Shown: piece after piece, positions 26,850 to 40,300 of the stretch
How positions within the stretch are numbered: the first letter of the stretch is position 1
Layout of the letters: each line of letters begins with the position of its first letter
Assembly (NCBI GenBank): GCA_036172245.1
Contig: JAYWIR010000038.1
Coordinates: 1,798,001 to 1,862,000 of the forward strand
From: Raillietiella orientalis
Taxonomy: Eukaryota
Direction: 5' to 3'
DNA length: 64,000 bases
Program-made: the position numbers and the translations under genes
Notes under the pieces: generated by a model
What the model saw: the letters and a program-made list of their open reading frames with translations, nothing else
What the model was told of the DNA's origin: nothing
The model's database searches: none

Positions 26850-29064
26850 GGGGGAGGGGTTAGTCGTCGCTGCGGACGCGAGCGGATCCCGAGCGGAGCA
26901 CAGGGAGGTCAAGAGAATCCTCTGACCAGGGAGAGGAAGCCCTTGGTGAAAGAGCCGCACCCGGGGCCCTTGTGGTCGCAGTCGATTTGTGTAAAGCTTT
27001 CGAACTGCGTCAACCAGGAACTCCTTCTGGAGCTCCTGGAACGCTTGGGACGTCTTCCTGGCTTACCTGAGCTCCAGCTGGCGCTTCGCGCTAATTAACA
27101 TTACTTTCAGCGGCCGGCACGTGTACGGCGTGCCGGTTCGGCGCGGCAAAAGGCCTGAGCCCCCTGCTCTTCAGCATCTACTTCGAGTTGGCGCTGGAGG
27201 GAATACAGGGAGACCCTAGCAACCCTGCCGAGCTCCTGTCCCGGCACGCCTGCTGTGTCGGCCTATGCCGACGACCTTCTGCTCCTGCTCCCCAGGTCCG
27301 CCCCGGCATCGGCTCTCGAGGATCTCTTTGAGCTGCTGTGCCGCGGGACGGGCCTGGAGGTGAACAGGGAGAAATCCTCAGTACGTCGTGGGGCGGACTG
27401 CCGGACTGGATCCGCTTGGAGATCCCCACGGGCAGGTGCATCAAGTACCTTGGCGTTCCGTTGTGGGACTTCTGCGTTGCAGAAGCCTGGTCCGACCGTC
27501 TCCGAAAAGTGGAATTGGCGATCCAAGAATGACAAGTTTTACTTGCCGGAACGGGCTGCAATGTGGAACGCTTTCGCGGCCCTCCTCCTTCGCCCCCTAC
27601 TTTCTGTTTGCCCCCCTCCACTGATCATGAAACAAAGGACCAAGTTCCTCCTGCTGGAAAGCCCTTCGGGGCACAGGGAGGTCTCGTGTCCGCTTGGAAG
27701 ATATTTGCGCTCCACGCAGGGACGGTGGATTGGGCCTTGTGACGCTGGAGCGCATGGAGCGGCAGCTCCAATTCAGAAGACTGCCCTTGCGGCGAAGTTT
27801 TAGATGATACCTTGGTGCGAACCCTCACGACTCCTCGCCAGCAGAGCGACCGGCTGAGAAGGATTGTCCTCGATCCTCGTGGCATACCAGCACAGCCTCA
27901 ACAACTGTGGCCTTCAGCTGCGCCAGATGGTCGCCCTGATGAGGAAGAACCTCATCAGGGCGACCTCGCCCTGATCTCCTGCCTCCCCGCGAATTGCACT
28001 GCCTGGCTTCAGGAGTCATTTTCTGCGTGGGCCAAGATCAACGGTTCGAGCGAGTCAGAGTACAACTGTCGAGGCCCCAACGCTTGACAGCCCTTGTAAG
28101 AGATAATCAACAACCCGCGGAAGTTTCTATGGGCTTCTTTCAGCCCCCTTGCCTCCGTGCTGCCCTCCCTCAAGAACTGCTCTCATCCGAGGCAGGAGAA
28201 AATCGTTGAAGGCGTGGACGTCTCGAGAGCTAGCGGACGCTGCGACCCTGAGACTTGTGCGCTAGGGCGAGCTGCTTGGCATACCTCCGAAGGAGGTGAA
28301 GTGACTCCCAGAGTGTTGGAATACTCACACCCTGTCCCTGAAATGGCAAGAGACGGCGTTGCTAGTGTTCCATTGGGGACTCCTTTGCAAAGCACTCCCC
28401 TTCCATTGGACTTCAGGGACTGTGGATGCCAATTGTGCAGGGTGCGGGGGACAAGAGACCTTCCCCCACCTCATCATCGAGTGTGTCGCCCTTCGTCCCA
28501 TGTGGGATCGACTCTCAGCGATCTTGAACATTCCCAGGGGCGATCCGAAGGACATTTTCCGTCGCCTCCTGATGCAGGACACCCTGCCAGCAGCCGCGTA
28601 TGTAGCAGTTCTCTGCTGCATACGCGGTATCCTGGCGAAATGGGCTACGTCCAGGAGAGGCCATAACAGCCGGAACGCCATTCACTGGGCGGCTCTCAAC
28701 ATTGAGAAAGAAGCTTCCCGATGGTCCCGACTCAGAACATTACGTCCAGCACTTGTCCCCATCTTGAACAGGATGCAGAGGACCACTCGGGGCGAACAGT
28801 GATCCCTTCCCAGCCCTTCCCTCCCCTAAAAGATTTCCCTCCCCTTGGTTTTTTTCTTTGTTTGTATTTTTGTTTATTCTTTGTGGTTTGTCCTTCCCCA
28901 TCGCTTCCAGACAGGATCTCAGCGGCCTGCGGGCAGGCAGCGGCAAGTGTCTCAAGACAGGCAGAACCACGTGTTCTGCCTGCACACAATTATAAGACTT
29001 TATTATGAAATTTTTATTATAAAAATTTTAATAATAAATTCCTCAGAATATCCGTGCGATAAAA
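26850..29064 (+). mobile_element. Decayed L1/Tx1-like LINE: RT, C-terminal CCHC (zf-RVT-like) domain, 3' UTR
   Basis: ALVVAVDLCKAFE, LSPLLF, SAYADDLLLLL, GLEVNREKS, IKYLGV, WLQESFSAWAKING, CAGCGGQETFPHLIIEC, stop at 28802, AT-rich tail and 3' motif at 29033-29064. Confidence 0.9.
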
Positions 29065-29069
29065 TCCCG

Positions 29070-29700
29070 AGAGAAGATGCCGCCGGGCTCGGTTTACCCG
29101 CTTCCACGGCCGCTTGCCACCTGCCGCCGCTAACCCGTCCTTCCCGGGCGAAGGGACTCCGGTGGAGTGACCTGCTTGCCTTACCTCCCGAAGAAACTCG
29201 TAGTCCCCCCTTGTGCACAGACACCACGGTGCTACCGTTGCGGTGGAAACGGAGACGCCCTTCCTGCAGCCAGCGCGGACATCCGCTTTCCGGGAGAACC
29301 GCCTCTCCGATCTGTTCCAGGTGCGGAGCGATGGAACCGTTCCCGCCCCTCCCGTTGGACTGGGGTGCCCTGGAGGACTTGCGGGCTGAGAATCCCTTTG
29401 GCTCTCCATCGACCACGGGGCACTGCGGTCGACGACTTGCAAGGATTTGCAGGGACGCTTCTTTGCCGGAGGCGGGCTGAAGGCATCAGGCAACCACCTG
29501 GCTCATCCGCGCCATGGTGACGGACCGCCGTGTACGGGAGTCGCACTCGCAGCGAGAGAAGGCCACCAACAAAACAGCCGCTTCTATGAGGACGGCTGCA
29601 AGGTGGTCTCAACACCTTCCAGAAGAAACCATCAGAGAGGTCGCCACCATCCACAGGCGCTTCTAGGAAGAAAGGAACGAATCATACCAGAGACCCCAAC
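29070..29700 (+). mobile_element. LINE C-terminal fragment
   Basis: LRWSDLLALPPEETRSPPLCTDTTVLPLRWK...ICSRCGAMEPFP, homologous to the other copies. Confidence 0.7.
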
Positions 29701-29829
29701 CGTTGCCTACGTTTTGGAACCCAGCCTGCGTGCCGTAGTCATCTCCAGTGAACTTCCTTTTTTTCTTAGGCGTCTGTTGTATCACAGGCACACCGTTCCT
29801 CTCTGACTTGTGGTTCGTTTTCAACTAAA

Positions 29830-30520
29830 CGTTTCGGCGTCACCTGGTAACAACCTCCAAAGCCGCCGACGTCGGCTGGTCCCCTCCACTCCCGCGGTCT
29901 CAGGGGGTCTGGAGGAGGAAAACTCAGGCCGAGGGAGCGCACTCCTCACGAGGCGAGCGCACATTTGGTTGCAAAAAAAGGGCTCCGGATGGCAGAAGTC
30001 ATCTCCCGGGTCACGAACCTGCTGCTTACATCCCAGAGGCTGCCTGCTGAAGACCGCGAAAGTCAAAGATGCCTATCTTTGACTGTGGATGTCTCTGGAG
30101 GAAGAAGGTGGATCGCGCGCCTCCACCTCGCCACAAGGAGCGAATGTTTTTTCCTATTCTCTCCTCCAACCAGCCTCCGCGTGGGCGTGTCCTCGGAAAT
30201 GGCCGCTGATAGCCACAGCCCGCGTCGGTTGGGGATGCGAGGAACCTAGCCCGAGCCAGGGGCAGCATAACGCCAACTCGGAAGGGGAGGCAAGGGGTGG
30301 TACCGACCGGGAGCCACGCCTCCGCATGGATCCAAGTAAACCGGGTCGAGGGCACTTTGCTGGGCTGCCGCCGCTGCGGCCCTCATCCGCGGCTGCAGCG
30401 AGACGGGAGTGCCCGAGAGCCCTCCTTCCCTTCGCCCTTGCGACCCTCGCACACCAACAGGCGCCATTCGCCGCTTGCCAACGCGCTATCCGCCATCGTC
30501 GTCGGGGGCGCGGATCGGAT
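29830..30520 (+). mobile_element. LINE post-RT fragment (repeat of 7157-7745)
   Basis: Nucleotide similarity to 7500-7740 and ASAWIQVNR motif. Confidence 0.55.
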
Positions 30521-30562
30521 TGGTGCGAGGGTCGGTAGGGGGCGCATGCCAACTCGGCGTTG

Positions 30563-31600
30563 CCACCCAGATACGCCGGGACGTTTATTTAAACTCTTTT
30601 TACGGTCATTATAAAAACTGGTACAAGGCCCCACTAACTGCCAACATTTCGCAGGACCTGCCGGGACTCCAGTTCTCGGACCAGCGTGACTCTCCTCGGC
30701 AGTGAAAGGGGAGGGGGGAAAAAACAAAAAGAAAAATAAAACAATAAGAGGAAAAAAAAAGAATTTGGAGGGCGGGGAAGGGGTCACTGACCACTGGAAG
30801 GAGGGTCCATCCTTTGCAGGATACCCTCGAGGTCCTTCTTCAGTCCACCCAGCTGGGGCCATCCGGTAGCTCTCTGCAGGAAGCGAACAGCATACGGGAT
30901 GACGTCCCTCTCGTTGGCGTCTTCATCTTTGGCTTCACTCCAGGCCTCCACAATCCCACGGATGCAGCAAAGTGCTTCCAGGGCTGCGGCTGGCTGCAGG
31001 GCATCCCACACGAAGAGAAGGCGGTAAACGTCTCTGGGGTTAAGCATCCCAAGGGTCGTTCCGAAACATTCCCACAGGGGCTGGAGGGCAGGACAGTCAA
31101 CTATCAGGTGGGGGAGCGACTCCCGCTCCCCGCACCTGGCACACTCAAGGTTTACTCTCCCTCCCGTCCAATGGAAGCAGCTGGCGTTGCAGGGTAGACT
31201 CCAATGCAACAACAGGAGTGCCGACTCTTTCCACTTGAGGGGGAGGATCCTGGAACCATTCAATTCCGGGGGCCACTTCAGGTCATCCGTCGGGATGCCG
31301 AACAGCTCGCCCCATAGCAGAAGTCCACGTGGAAGGACAATCGGGGTCGCGGCATTTCAGCCCTCTCATGGTCCAACCGCTCATCTTCTTCTCTCTGCCC
31401 GCGATCCGACAGGAGACTTGCCACTTCGGTGTCCGGCCGCTGACGAGGACCCTCCGTAGCAAGGTCAGCGCCGTAGCTAAAGGGGTGGTCTCCGCGCAGG
31501 TGCTCCTGGAGGGACACTCCAGAATGGTCCGAAGAGTGCAGCGGGCGTAGGGCCCGAATCGCAGGCAGGAGGGGGACCATGCGGGCGCACCGCCACACGC
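30563..31600 (-). mobile_element. 5'-truncated LINE 3' end with intact-looking CCHC domain
   Basis: ORF 30784-31263: LPLKWKESALLLLHWSLPCN...CARCGERESLPHLIVDCPALQPLWE...ILQRMD*. 3' motif at 30563-30589. Confidence 0.85.
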
Positions 31601-32199
31601 GGTCGCTCGGGTCTCATGGAAGGCACGGCGCGGGGCACGCGCAGAATTCGCGCCGTTCTCCCGCGCCCGCGTGACCCGGCCCAGAGAGAACCCGACGCGC
31701 ATGCGTGTGCCCGCAGCATTCCATCCGTCACCCGGGACGATGAGTTAAAAAATGGCTCCGCCGGAGATGGGCCATCAATCCCGACTTGGCGGCGATCGCT
31801 AATGGCGAAGTTGGGACGATGGAACGCGCGCCTCCAGTGACGCGTGAGGCCGCGACCTTTCCATCCCCGGGGAATCTCTTCCGGTTATCCGTCCGTCATC
31901 AGCTCTCCCCTCTCCTCTCCCCGCTCTCCCTGCCCCTCCTCCTACCGCGGCTCTTCGGCACAGGCGAACCCCCGGTTTCGCGAGTGAGTTCCAAGGGGAA
32001 CGCGTGGGAGGGAACCATCTGTCTTCCCGCGGAGCTCCCAGCGGGGCATCATCCCTCCTTTTCGCAGCCGCACCTCCTCCTCTTTGCAGGAGCGACGGGT
32101 TCTCCTTCCGTGCCTCCTCACGCCCTGGTTTTCCCCGTCTTAGTGAGCGGGGAACGGCGGGATGGAAGTACTGGCGAGGGGTTCCGGCAAGGATGCTGC

Positions 32200-33000
32200 G
32201 CCATCTCCTAACAACCAGTCTCTACGAGCCGCTTCAGCGAGTTTGCTGCTGCTGCTGTTGCTGCCCGCCGTTTTTTCGCTACTCCGTCCGACGGACCGTC
32301 AGGGGTGAAGGGTCGGGGGGCGCCAAGCTGCAGGTAGAGCGTCCGGATGTTCGTAAGAAAATAGCCCACGGCCTTGGAGCGGAGGGAGCACAGTCAGCGC
32401 GGCCCTAGGGCTGCTGCGGCTGCGGGCTGCATCAAACTCTGGAGGAGGAGGCGAAGACGCTTCGCGATTCCGAGACGGAGCTGGAGGAAACAGAATTCTT
32501 CTGGAAGGAAGGCTCCCTTCCTTGCACGCAGGCGTCCCTCAAGATGGTCGCCAAGGAACGATGGGCCTTCTCTCGCGGGACACCTTCGAGGACGTACATT
32601 CCTCAGCAACCTGGAAACTCCTAGAACATCCCATCCCTTCTCCCGGAGTTCGACTAGCGTACCCAGACTCAGTGGGAACCGCTCTCGTCACCCCCTTCGC
32701 GCACACGGTCATGGATAACCTTTCGCCCCACCCTGACCAAGAATCGGGATGTTTCCCCAATCGGAAGGTGACTTGGAAGGATTTTCCGTCTGATCCGGGA
32801 GATCTTCCTGGAATGAGCCGCTGCCGACTACAACTACTTCCAGGTATAGTTGAGGAGATAAGAGTCCTTATTCGCCCGCCTGGGTTCCCTGGGAGATTGC
32901 TAGGCCTTCATGCCCCTTCATCCCAGTTCCACAGAGAGCTTGTAGCAGAAACAACAACGCCGGGAGCTGCAGGAAAGACGCGCGCGGCAGAAGAGCCTGG
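32200..33000 (+). mobile_element. Probable LINE endonuclease-RT linker remnant
   Basis: EEIRVLIRPPGFPGRLLGL resembles the EEIxxAI...KxPGxDG linker. Frameshifted. Confidence 0.35.
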
Positions 33001-34039
33001 CGACGCGTTCGTGCGGCGCGTCTGCCTCCCTCCCCAGCGAGCCGCTGGCCGAATTCGTCCCGCGGAGCTTTCGAGTTTCCATGTGGCTGAGCGCACTCCC
33101 TGTCAGCCTCCTTCCTTCGGGGTCTGCGTTGATGGAATGATGATGAGAGTCAAAGTGACGTTTGGACCTCGTCTTCCTGCTCCCCTCTCCCCCTCCAGCA
33201 GTCCTGCGTTCGGTCAGCCCGCGCCGCTCGCCGCGGCAATGAATCTCCCTGCCTTCCTCGGCGACCGTCCGCTCCTAATTTCTCCTTGTTTCCGCGGCGG
33301 ATTTCCGCAGGGTCTTCCTCCCCATCTTTCCCTTCCTCCTCCGAGCGCGTCTCGGACTGTCGCGGCCCAACGGATCGCAGGGCATCGCTCCTTCGCTGCA
33401 CCAATCTGGAGGAACAAGCAGCGCGAGATGGCGTGCTCGCCGACGGGAGGAACAAGGATTCTTTGCCCTTCGCACGAAGGGCGGGAAGCTGCGACTGTTG
33501 GCGAAACCCGGGTCACAGAGTGAGGCCGCGGGTCCTGGCGAAGGCCAATCAGTAGGTCGTGTTTTTGATTGGCTGATCGATGGGTTTCATTAAAGCGAGC
33601 AAACGCACCCCGGGATTGTGTCCCTGCGCGGCAGGCAGTCCAGATGGGAGTCCAGGAGAGGCTCCGAGCCGTCAGGCAGGGGAGAGAAGGATCGACGTCT
33701 CCTGATGCTGCGCGCAGCAGCAGCTCCCCGCTCAGAGTGCAGCAGCAGGCACGGAGAAGCAGAAGGGGAACGAAACCGCCGAACTTCAAAGGGGAGCAGC
33801 GACGGAGACGGCGGACGGAAATGTGAATTTCGGAGGGGAGGTGGCTAACAGGAGAGTGGCGAGTGAAGCAGGGAGGAGAACGAAGCGAGCCGGATGGATG
33901 CCTGGCAATCGGGAGCGCGAGGCGTTTCCTGAGCTAGGGGAGAGGGCCGAAGAACAGCATCGCCGCAGTGCGAAGGCGTCTCTTGACGCGGATAGGGCGG
34001 CAACTGGCGGAGGTGATTTATTGCCGGCGGTCCCGCCCT

Positions 34040-34310
34040 CCATGTGGCGGTTGCGCGCACGGTCTGATGTTCCTCCGAAGAAGCCTTTCGCGACCGCTCC
34101 CGACCGCCGGCTCCCGGTCTCCCTCGGAGGCTGCGCCGAGCCTCGGCATGCGCATACAGAGATGTCCTGAAACACCGCGCAGCTGCGGAGGCACGGCAGC
34201 AGCACCTCATCCGAGGCGCAGCGGGAGAGGGAGATATGGATGCAGCGAGGAGTCTCCCAGAACACCAGACTGCGCATCCCCTTGAAAGTCGGAATCCTGC
34301 AGACGGGTCC
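34040..34310 (-). mobile_element. Possible BEL/Pao gag (DUF1759-like) remnant, copy 3
   Basis: IPTFKG...FWET...IH...SDEVLLPCLRS...KGFFG follows the remembered DUF1759 motif order, with frameshifts. Confidence 0.35.
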
Positions 34311-37204
34311 GCGAGCGGCTCCCCTGACGTGATTGCTGGCGCAGAACGTGCTTCGTGAGGGGTGGGTGGGCAAAAGCGGCTGACTCTAAGGTGACCGGCC
34401 GTTTACTCCCCTGGACCATCTCCGTGTCGCCGGCTCCCATGAGGTGCTTCTGGATCTTCCAGGAGCTCGCCCAAGACTGCGCCGCTTTGCCTTGGCGCCA
34501 TCTTCGCGAGAGGCAGCTGCAGTGTACAAGTGAGAACTGCGCCCGCGTATAGGCTGCGCTCAGAGTACGCACGCGCATGCATGCATGTGCAATCTCCAGA
34601 GGGGAGTGTCAGGAGACTCTTTCGGCTCCCACTGGGCTGGGAAAGAGCATGGACTGAGCGCTTTTCCAGGTTAGCGGTGCTCCTTGGTCTGGCCCGAAAG
34701 TCGCATGCGGAGACTGCAGCGGCTGCAGTTTCCGTCCTCCCTTACCCCATCACCTCAGATGCTGCCTGCGAGCTGGAGAGTTCCGTCGCACCTTCTGGAG
34801 GGTGCGCGTGCAGCAGCAGAGCGGACTGGCGGCGGCGAGACACGACTTCATCAAGGTCGAGCGCTTCCGAGGAGGAAGCGCACGCAGCTGGTCACTCGCA
34901 GGGATCGGGAAGGATGGGGAGGCACAAAAGTAGCGAAGAAGGCAGGGCCCCTTTCCTTCTTTCATAGCACCATCAGGAAGACCAAAGAGGCGAGAGAAGA
35001 ACAGAGCTAGTAGACACCAACTCCTGGGAGTGGGTAGTGGCAGGGAGGGAAGGTGGTTCCTAACGCGAGAGGGCAATGGCTGCCGTTGCGTGAACTGCTG
35101 CTTCTGTCACCACTTCAGTAGCTCCCGAATCTTCTGCCACGCCCGTATTTCTTGCAGTTCCCGGATCCGCTGTTCTTCTGCCGCACCCGTCACTTTTGCG
35201 AATCTCGGCCTTGCTGTTCTTCTGCAGCTTCCGTTGCGTTTGCTGTTCGCGGAGATGCCGCTCTGCTGCACCCGTCTCTGCCCGTTCGATAAACGAGACG
35301 AAAAGCACCGGGATGAGTGGCGCATCCAGAAGTTCCCGAAGGTTTCAGCAGTAGCAGAGGCTCCGCTGCTGAAGCTGCGTGGCCCGCTTAGACAGACATG
35401 ACCAGAGGCTGCAGAGAGTAGGAAGAATACGGGATCCAGTCGATGTGTGGGAGTGCACGCGGGGGGATGCACCTCCGCGTTCATGCGTGCACGGGCGCGC
35501 AGACTTGCGTATTCTACGCGACGCCCGCAGTTCACGTGTCAGCATGCGAGTGGGGAATGCCTACAGGCGTGTGGGTGATGCGTGTGTGCTCAGGTAGGCA
35601 GGTGGCTCGATAGGCAGGTGGGCGCGTAGGGGAACGAAAACCAGCGGGCAGGCATGCTCACTCGTTCCCATGCACCCAATCGTCCCGGTGGACAAGGAAG
35701 GGATACCACCTGCGGCTGCCCTGAGGTCCTCAGGATGCAGAATGGGCAGGACTCTCTCTGCCATTCGAAAGGGGAGGACCGTGTTTCGGCAAATGCAGGT
35801 CCCACATCGGCGAGTCTCTAGGGAGGGACGCGGAGTCTGCTGGCAAGGTGACCGGACGGGATGAGCACTGGAAGGGAAGACGGGAGACGCATCCCGAAAG
35901 GAATTCATTTCTCCCCTTCACCCGACTCCCTCCGAGTGTAGAGCAAAAGGCAACCCGCTGTCCTTAGGAGGCTGGCGTCTCCCCGAAATTGGTTCCGGGA
36001 GGCGCCCCTTCGGGAGCCAATTTTCCGGAGAGATTTCTCGGATTCCCGGAGGAAAGGGGGAATGACCGTAAGTGGTCCACCGGGATTCCGCGAGAAGATC
36101 GAAGTTTCCGGCAAGGGAGAGAAGAACATCTTCCGGAGCTGCTGGTTTTACTCTCGGTCTGGCAAAACCTCTCCGGAAAGTGTGCCAAAGCGGCAGGAAG
36201 GGTGGGATTCTAAGAGAATGGGAAGTCCTCCAGCTCTTCCTCCAGCTCGCCTCCTGCGGCCGCCGCTCCTCCTCCTTCCCTTCCACGGAAACATGAGCGT
36301 GGGGAGGGAGGGAGAAGGGATGCGTCCAGGTACGAGGCGTGTGCGCATGCCCGTCACCGCACGCGCGTTTTCCTCCTCGTTTCTTGGCGGTCCCACAGAT
36401 CGGGGTCGTCATTCCCACCTTTGCGCCCCGATGCGAACCCCTTCGATCAGCCCCAGAGAACGCAGTGTAAAGATCCCGCGAACGAGGTGATCTGCGTTTC
36501 GATTGCTCCGCGTCCTCTGCCAGGAGTGGCGCGAAGCAACGACAGCGCGAGCGTCTCCTCAGCCGTGAACAATCATTAAGCATCCGGGATCTGAGAACAG
36601 CGCGGGACTCTCGAGAATCATCCCGCTGCAGGAAATCCCCTTTGTCTTCGCACGCTCCGGTGACTCCGAGCAGCGGCCGGGATGCGTGCGTCAACTTCCC
36701 TTCTCCCAGGCAGCGGCGGGATGCTTCCTCCTCCTCCTTCTCTTCCTCCTCCTCCTCGCCCCGTTTCCTCCGCGAGAGCGGATTGGCATCAGCATCCCGC
36801 TGCTCTGGACCGCTTCTCTAGTGGCCGTCGGAGGGAGCAGCGGCATACTCCGCGGAGCGGGCGCCCGCAGACGCGTAGCGGGGACGCGTCACGAGAGCCG
36901 CTCCCCTCCCTCCACCCCCCCCCCTTTTTGAGCTGGAGAGGAGGCCGCTAGATCTTCACCCGCTGCGAGCCCGATCCCAGCTGACCGCCTCGGTTCCGCA
37001 ATCCCAGCAGTGCCGCGCCTGCCGCACGCGGCCCCACGAGTTTTAATTGCTTTCTCTTTCGTTTTCTTTCGCGTTCCGCGGGCGATCTCACGTCCCACTC
37101 CACGGTCCATATTTTATCCCTGCAGGCACCTAATTTGCTCCAGACGAGCGATACAAATCTTGGGACGAAGAGTTTGGGAAGACTCGATGGGGAGGCCTGG
37201 ATCC

Positions 37205-37335
37205 TTAGCCCTTCCTCGTCCTCCTCCTCTTTTCTTTCTTTTCCTCCCTCTCTTTCTCCTCTTTCCATCCTTCCTTCCTTCCTCCCGCTTTCCTCCTCCT
37301 CCCTTTTCTCCTTTCCCTCTTCCCAATCCTCTTTC
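37205..37335. repeat. CT-rich polypyrimidine low-complexity tract
   Basis: Almost purely C/T sequence with cct/ctt units. Confidence 0.85.
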
Positions 37336-40300
37336 CCACTCGAGCAGACACCGTACCGCAGCGGCAGCAGAAGTAGAGATGGCAACAGCCTCGGCGTCTT
37401 CTCGGGACGGCATCACCCCGACGTTAACGGAGGTCCTCGGAGCGACCCGTCGAGGAGGGAGATCCACGAAGGAAGGAGGAAGGAAGGTGGGGAGAGGAGC
37501 AGCCTCCTTCTCCGCCTGGGTGGGACGCAGAAAGGGGGACACGTAAATCCTCTGCGCCTGATTTACGAGGGCGGAGGGAGACGTTGCCGGGGTGATAAAT
37601 CGGAGGTAATGGCTGGTCGGATGGCAAGCCTCCTTGAACGGACGCGACTCCAGCGTTCCCTCGGCAACGCTAGCGAAGGCTCGATGAGACGACAGTAATG
37701 ACGGCCTCGACGACCTTCCCCTTCCCCCTTACCCTGTGCGGATCCTTCTCTGGAGTGTCACGAGAACTGCGGCCGGACCACCTGCATCCCCCGCGTCCCC
37801 ACCCAACTCTCTCCCCGAGTTGGGCAAAAAGAGCGGTAGTGGAAGCAGCAGAGGCTGCATTTGTACCGCGGCAAGCAGCAAGCCGAAAGGTTGGAAGAAT
37901 CCCTCAGGAGGAGACCGCAGATGGCGAGGACGCTGCCTCCCGGGCGCGCGACCGTTGGATAATCTTCGAAGTCCTTGGCTCACGCGAGGTGGGAAGGCCG
38001 GCGACTTTGGATCGCGGCATCCCGGAGACCTTGCAGGGAGGCGGCTCCTTGCCGTCTCTAGGGGAAGAAGGGGGAAGGAGGATCCGTTCTCCTCCCTTCT
38101 TGGAAGGCGGGAGGGTCTCCACACTGGGGAAGGGGAACTGGGGAACGGAAATGGTCTCCCGAGGGGCGCACCTGAGTGTCCGAAAGGGAACAAGACTACA
38201 GGACCTCCCGGAGGAAGGTCCCCACGGAGATCGTCGCTCTCTCGCGTCCGCTTAGGCATGTTTCGGAAAGGAGGGAGGGGCCGACGAACCCCAGGACCCT
38301 CGGAAACGTTCCGAGGGATCGGAGGTCTGCTCCCTCCCTTTGCCCGAGGGAACGAGGAACGCCTTTGGCGTCGCCGTGACTCCTAAAAGGGAGGGTGAGT
38401 CCAGGAGGACGTTCCTCCTCCTCTCGCTGCTCCCCTCTCGGAGAGGAGGGGGATAGGCGGGGAACCACCTCATTTCGAGGCGGGGGGGAGAGGCAGCGCA
38501 ACCCCCTTCCCCAACTCCACGTCCTCCCCCCTCTCATTTTTCCCTCCGACCCGCTTGCTATGTGAAGAAGGAAGACGGCGCTTTCCCGGAGAAATGACCT
38601 CACCACGGGCGAGACCCGAGTTCCCTGACTTCCCCGTCTACCCAAGATGACTTCTGAGAAGGCGATGAGGCAGTCGCAGCACTTGTCTCACCCCTGCGGG
38701 GGGAAGACGAGTGGAGACGAGAGGACCCCCTCCTACACCTCGCCCAGCAAAGCGCAGGGAGAGCGCGAGGGCTTCGCGCGCCTGCCCCCAGGGGCGCCAA
38801 CGTCCTACCTCCCCAGGTGGATGGGAGACTACGAGGGTGCTTCACTTCGCTCTTTCCCGTGCCTTCCACTTCTCAGGAAGGAGAGTCGTCTAGTCCCAGC
38901 TCTCCCCCCAGACCCCTTCAACAAATCCCCCTTCTTCCGTCAACCCCTTCCCCTGACCCTATTCCAGAGACCGCACCCGCAGAGGTCGTTTCAGCGGCTG
39001 CGGTCGCATCTGGTTGTCTTCTTGAGGGCTCCCAGCTTTCCCTCAGGAGCGCCCGGATGCGGTCGCCGCCGCAGCAGCAGCAGAGCCATCTCCTCCTAGT
39101 GTCGTTGCCGTGGTATCCTCAAGGGAACGTTGCCGAGGAGGGCTTTCTTGGGAAGCGGGAAGATCTCCCGAGAACCTCTAGGTGAGAAGGGAGGTTGGGA
39201 GGGGACTCGAGGCTCCCGGTCAAGAAGAACGGAGAGGGTGAGAAGAAGGCATGTGGATTCGCTCCGCATCCCGAAACGCGTGCTCTCTCCTCCTTTGCGC
39301 CGGCGCGAAGAGGGGCGACTCCCGATCCCCTCCATTCCCGAGCGAAGGCGGAGGGGGGACGCTTGCTGAAGGAGACGCAAGCAGAGAGGAGGATGAATTA
39401 TTCATGACGGCAGACAAAGCGGAGGAAGCAGTCGCTCGGAAAAAGATGTTTCACCTCGCAGCATCTGATTAAAAGGGAGAAGTGGCCTGTCATTTCGTGT
39501 ACCGCATCCGGACCATCGCCTCCAGATCATCCTCTGCAAACAATGGGCCGGTTGCAGAGCGCGTAAGCGATCCTCCACCTCCTTCTCTTCGAGTTTTTGC
39601 TATTCTTTCTTCCCGTCGCTCTCCCCTCCCGAGATATTTCCAGCGAGAAAGGAGAAGCAGAGACACATTAAGGCGAAAAACTCTGAGACTCAGCTCCTGG
39701 TGGCGGGAGGGATGAGGAAAGAGGAAGGGACCCATGCCAGGGAAACGGCAGCAGAGGCGACAACGGAGGAGAACTGGTCCACCTTTCGAGCTCTGTGCGT
39801 ACAGTAGGATGCCTCAGGAGATATCAGCGGGTGCCTGAAACGACCGCTTGCTCCACGCGAGCGATCCCTCAGGAAACTGACGTGGAAATTCCTCTTTCTT
39901 TCTTTCTTTCTCTTCTCCTATTTTTCATTTCCCCTCCTCCCTCTCACTCCTATTTTTAGCGGCTCAGGTGAATTAATAGAGCTATTAGGAAAATTCCAAG
40001 ATTAAAAATGAATCTGTCCAACCGGCAGTCACATTTCTTGAAAAAAATCATACTCCAAGATAAATGTCTGTCAAACGCCAGCCCGTGTTCTTTGAGCCTA
40101 CGTGTCTCTCCTCCCGCGTACTCTGATACTGCATCATGCATTATATTTAAAAAGCGTGACGCTCTAAGTCAGAAAAAGCCCACTGTGTAGCTTATGCGCA
40201 ACAACGCGTCGCTGGCATGAAAAATAACTGCATGAACTGCATTCCTCTTATGATTTTCTTGATTAAAATGAAAGCATTTTCCTAGGAGGAAAATCCATTA

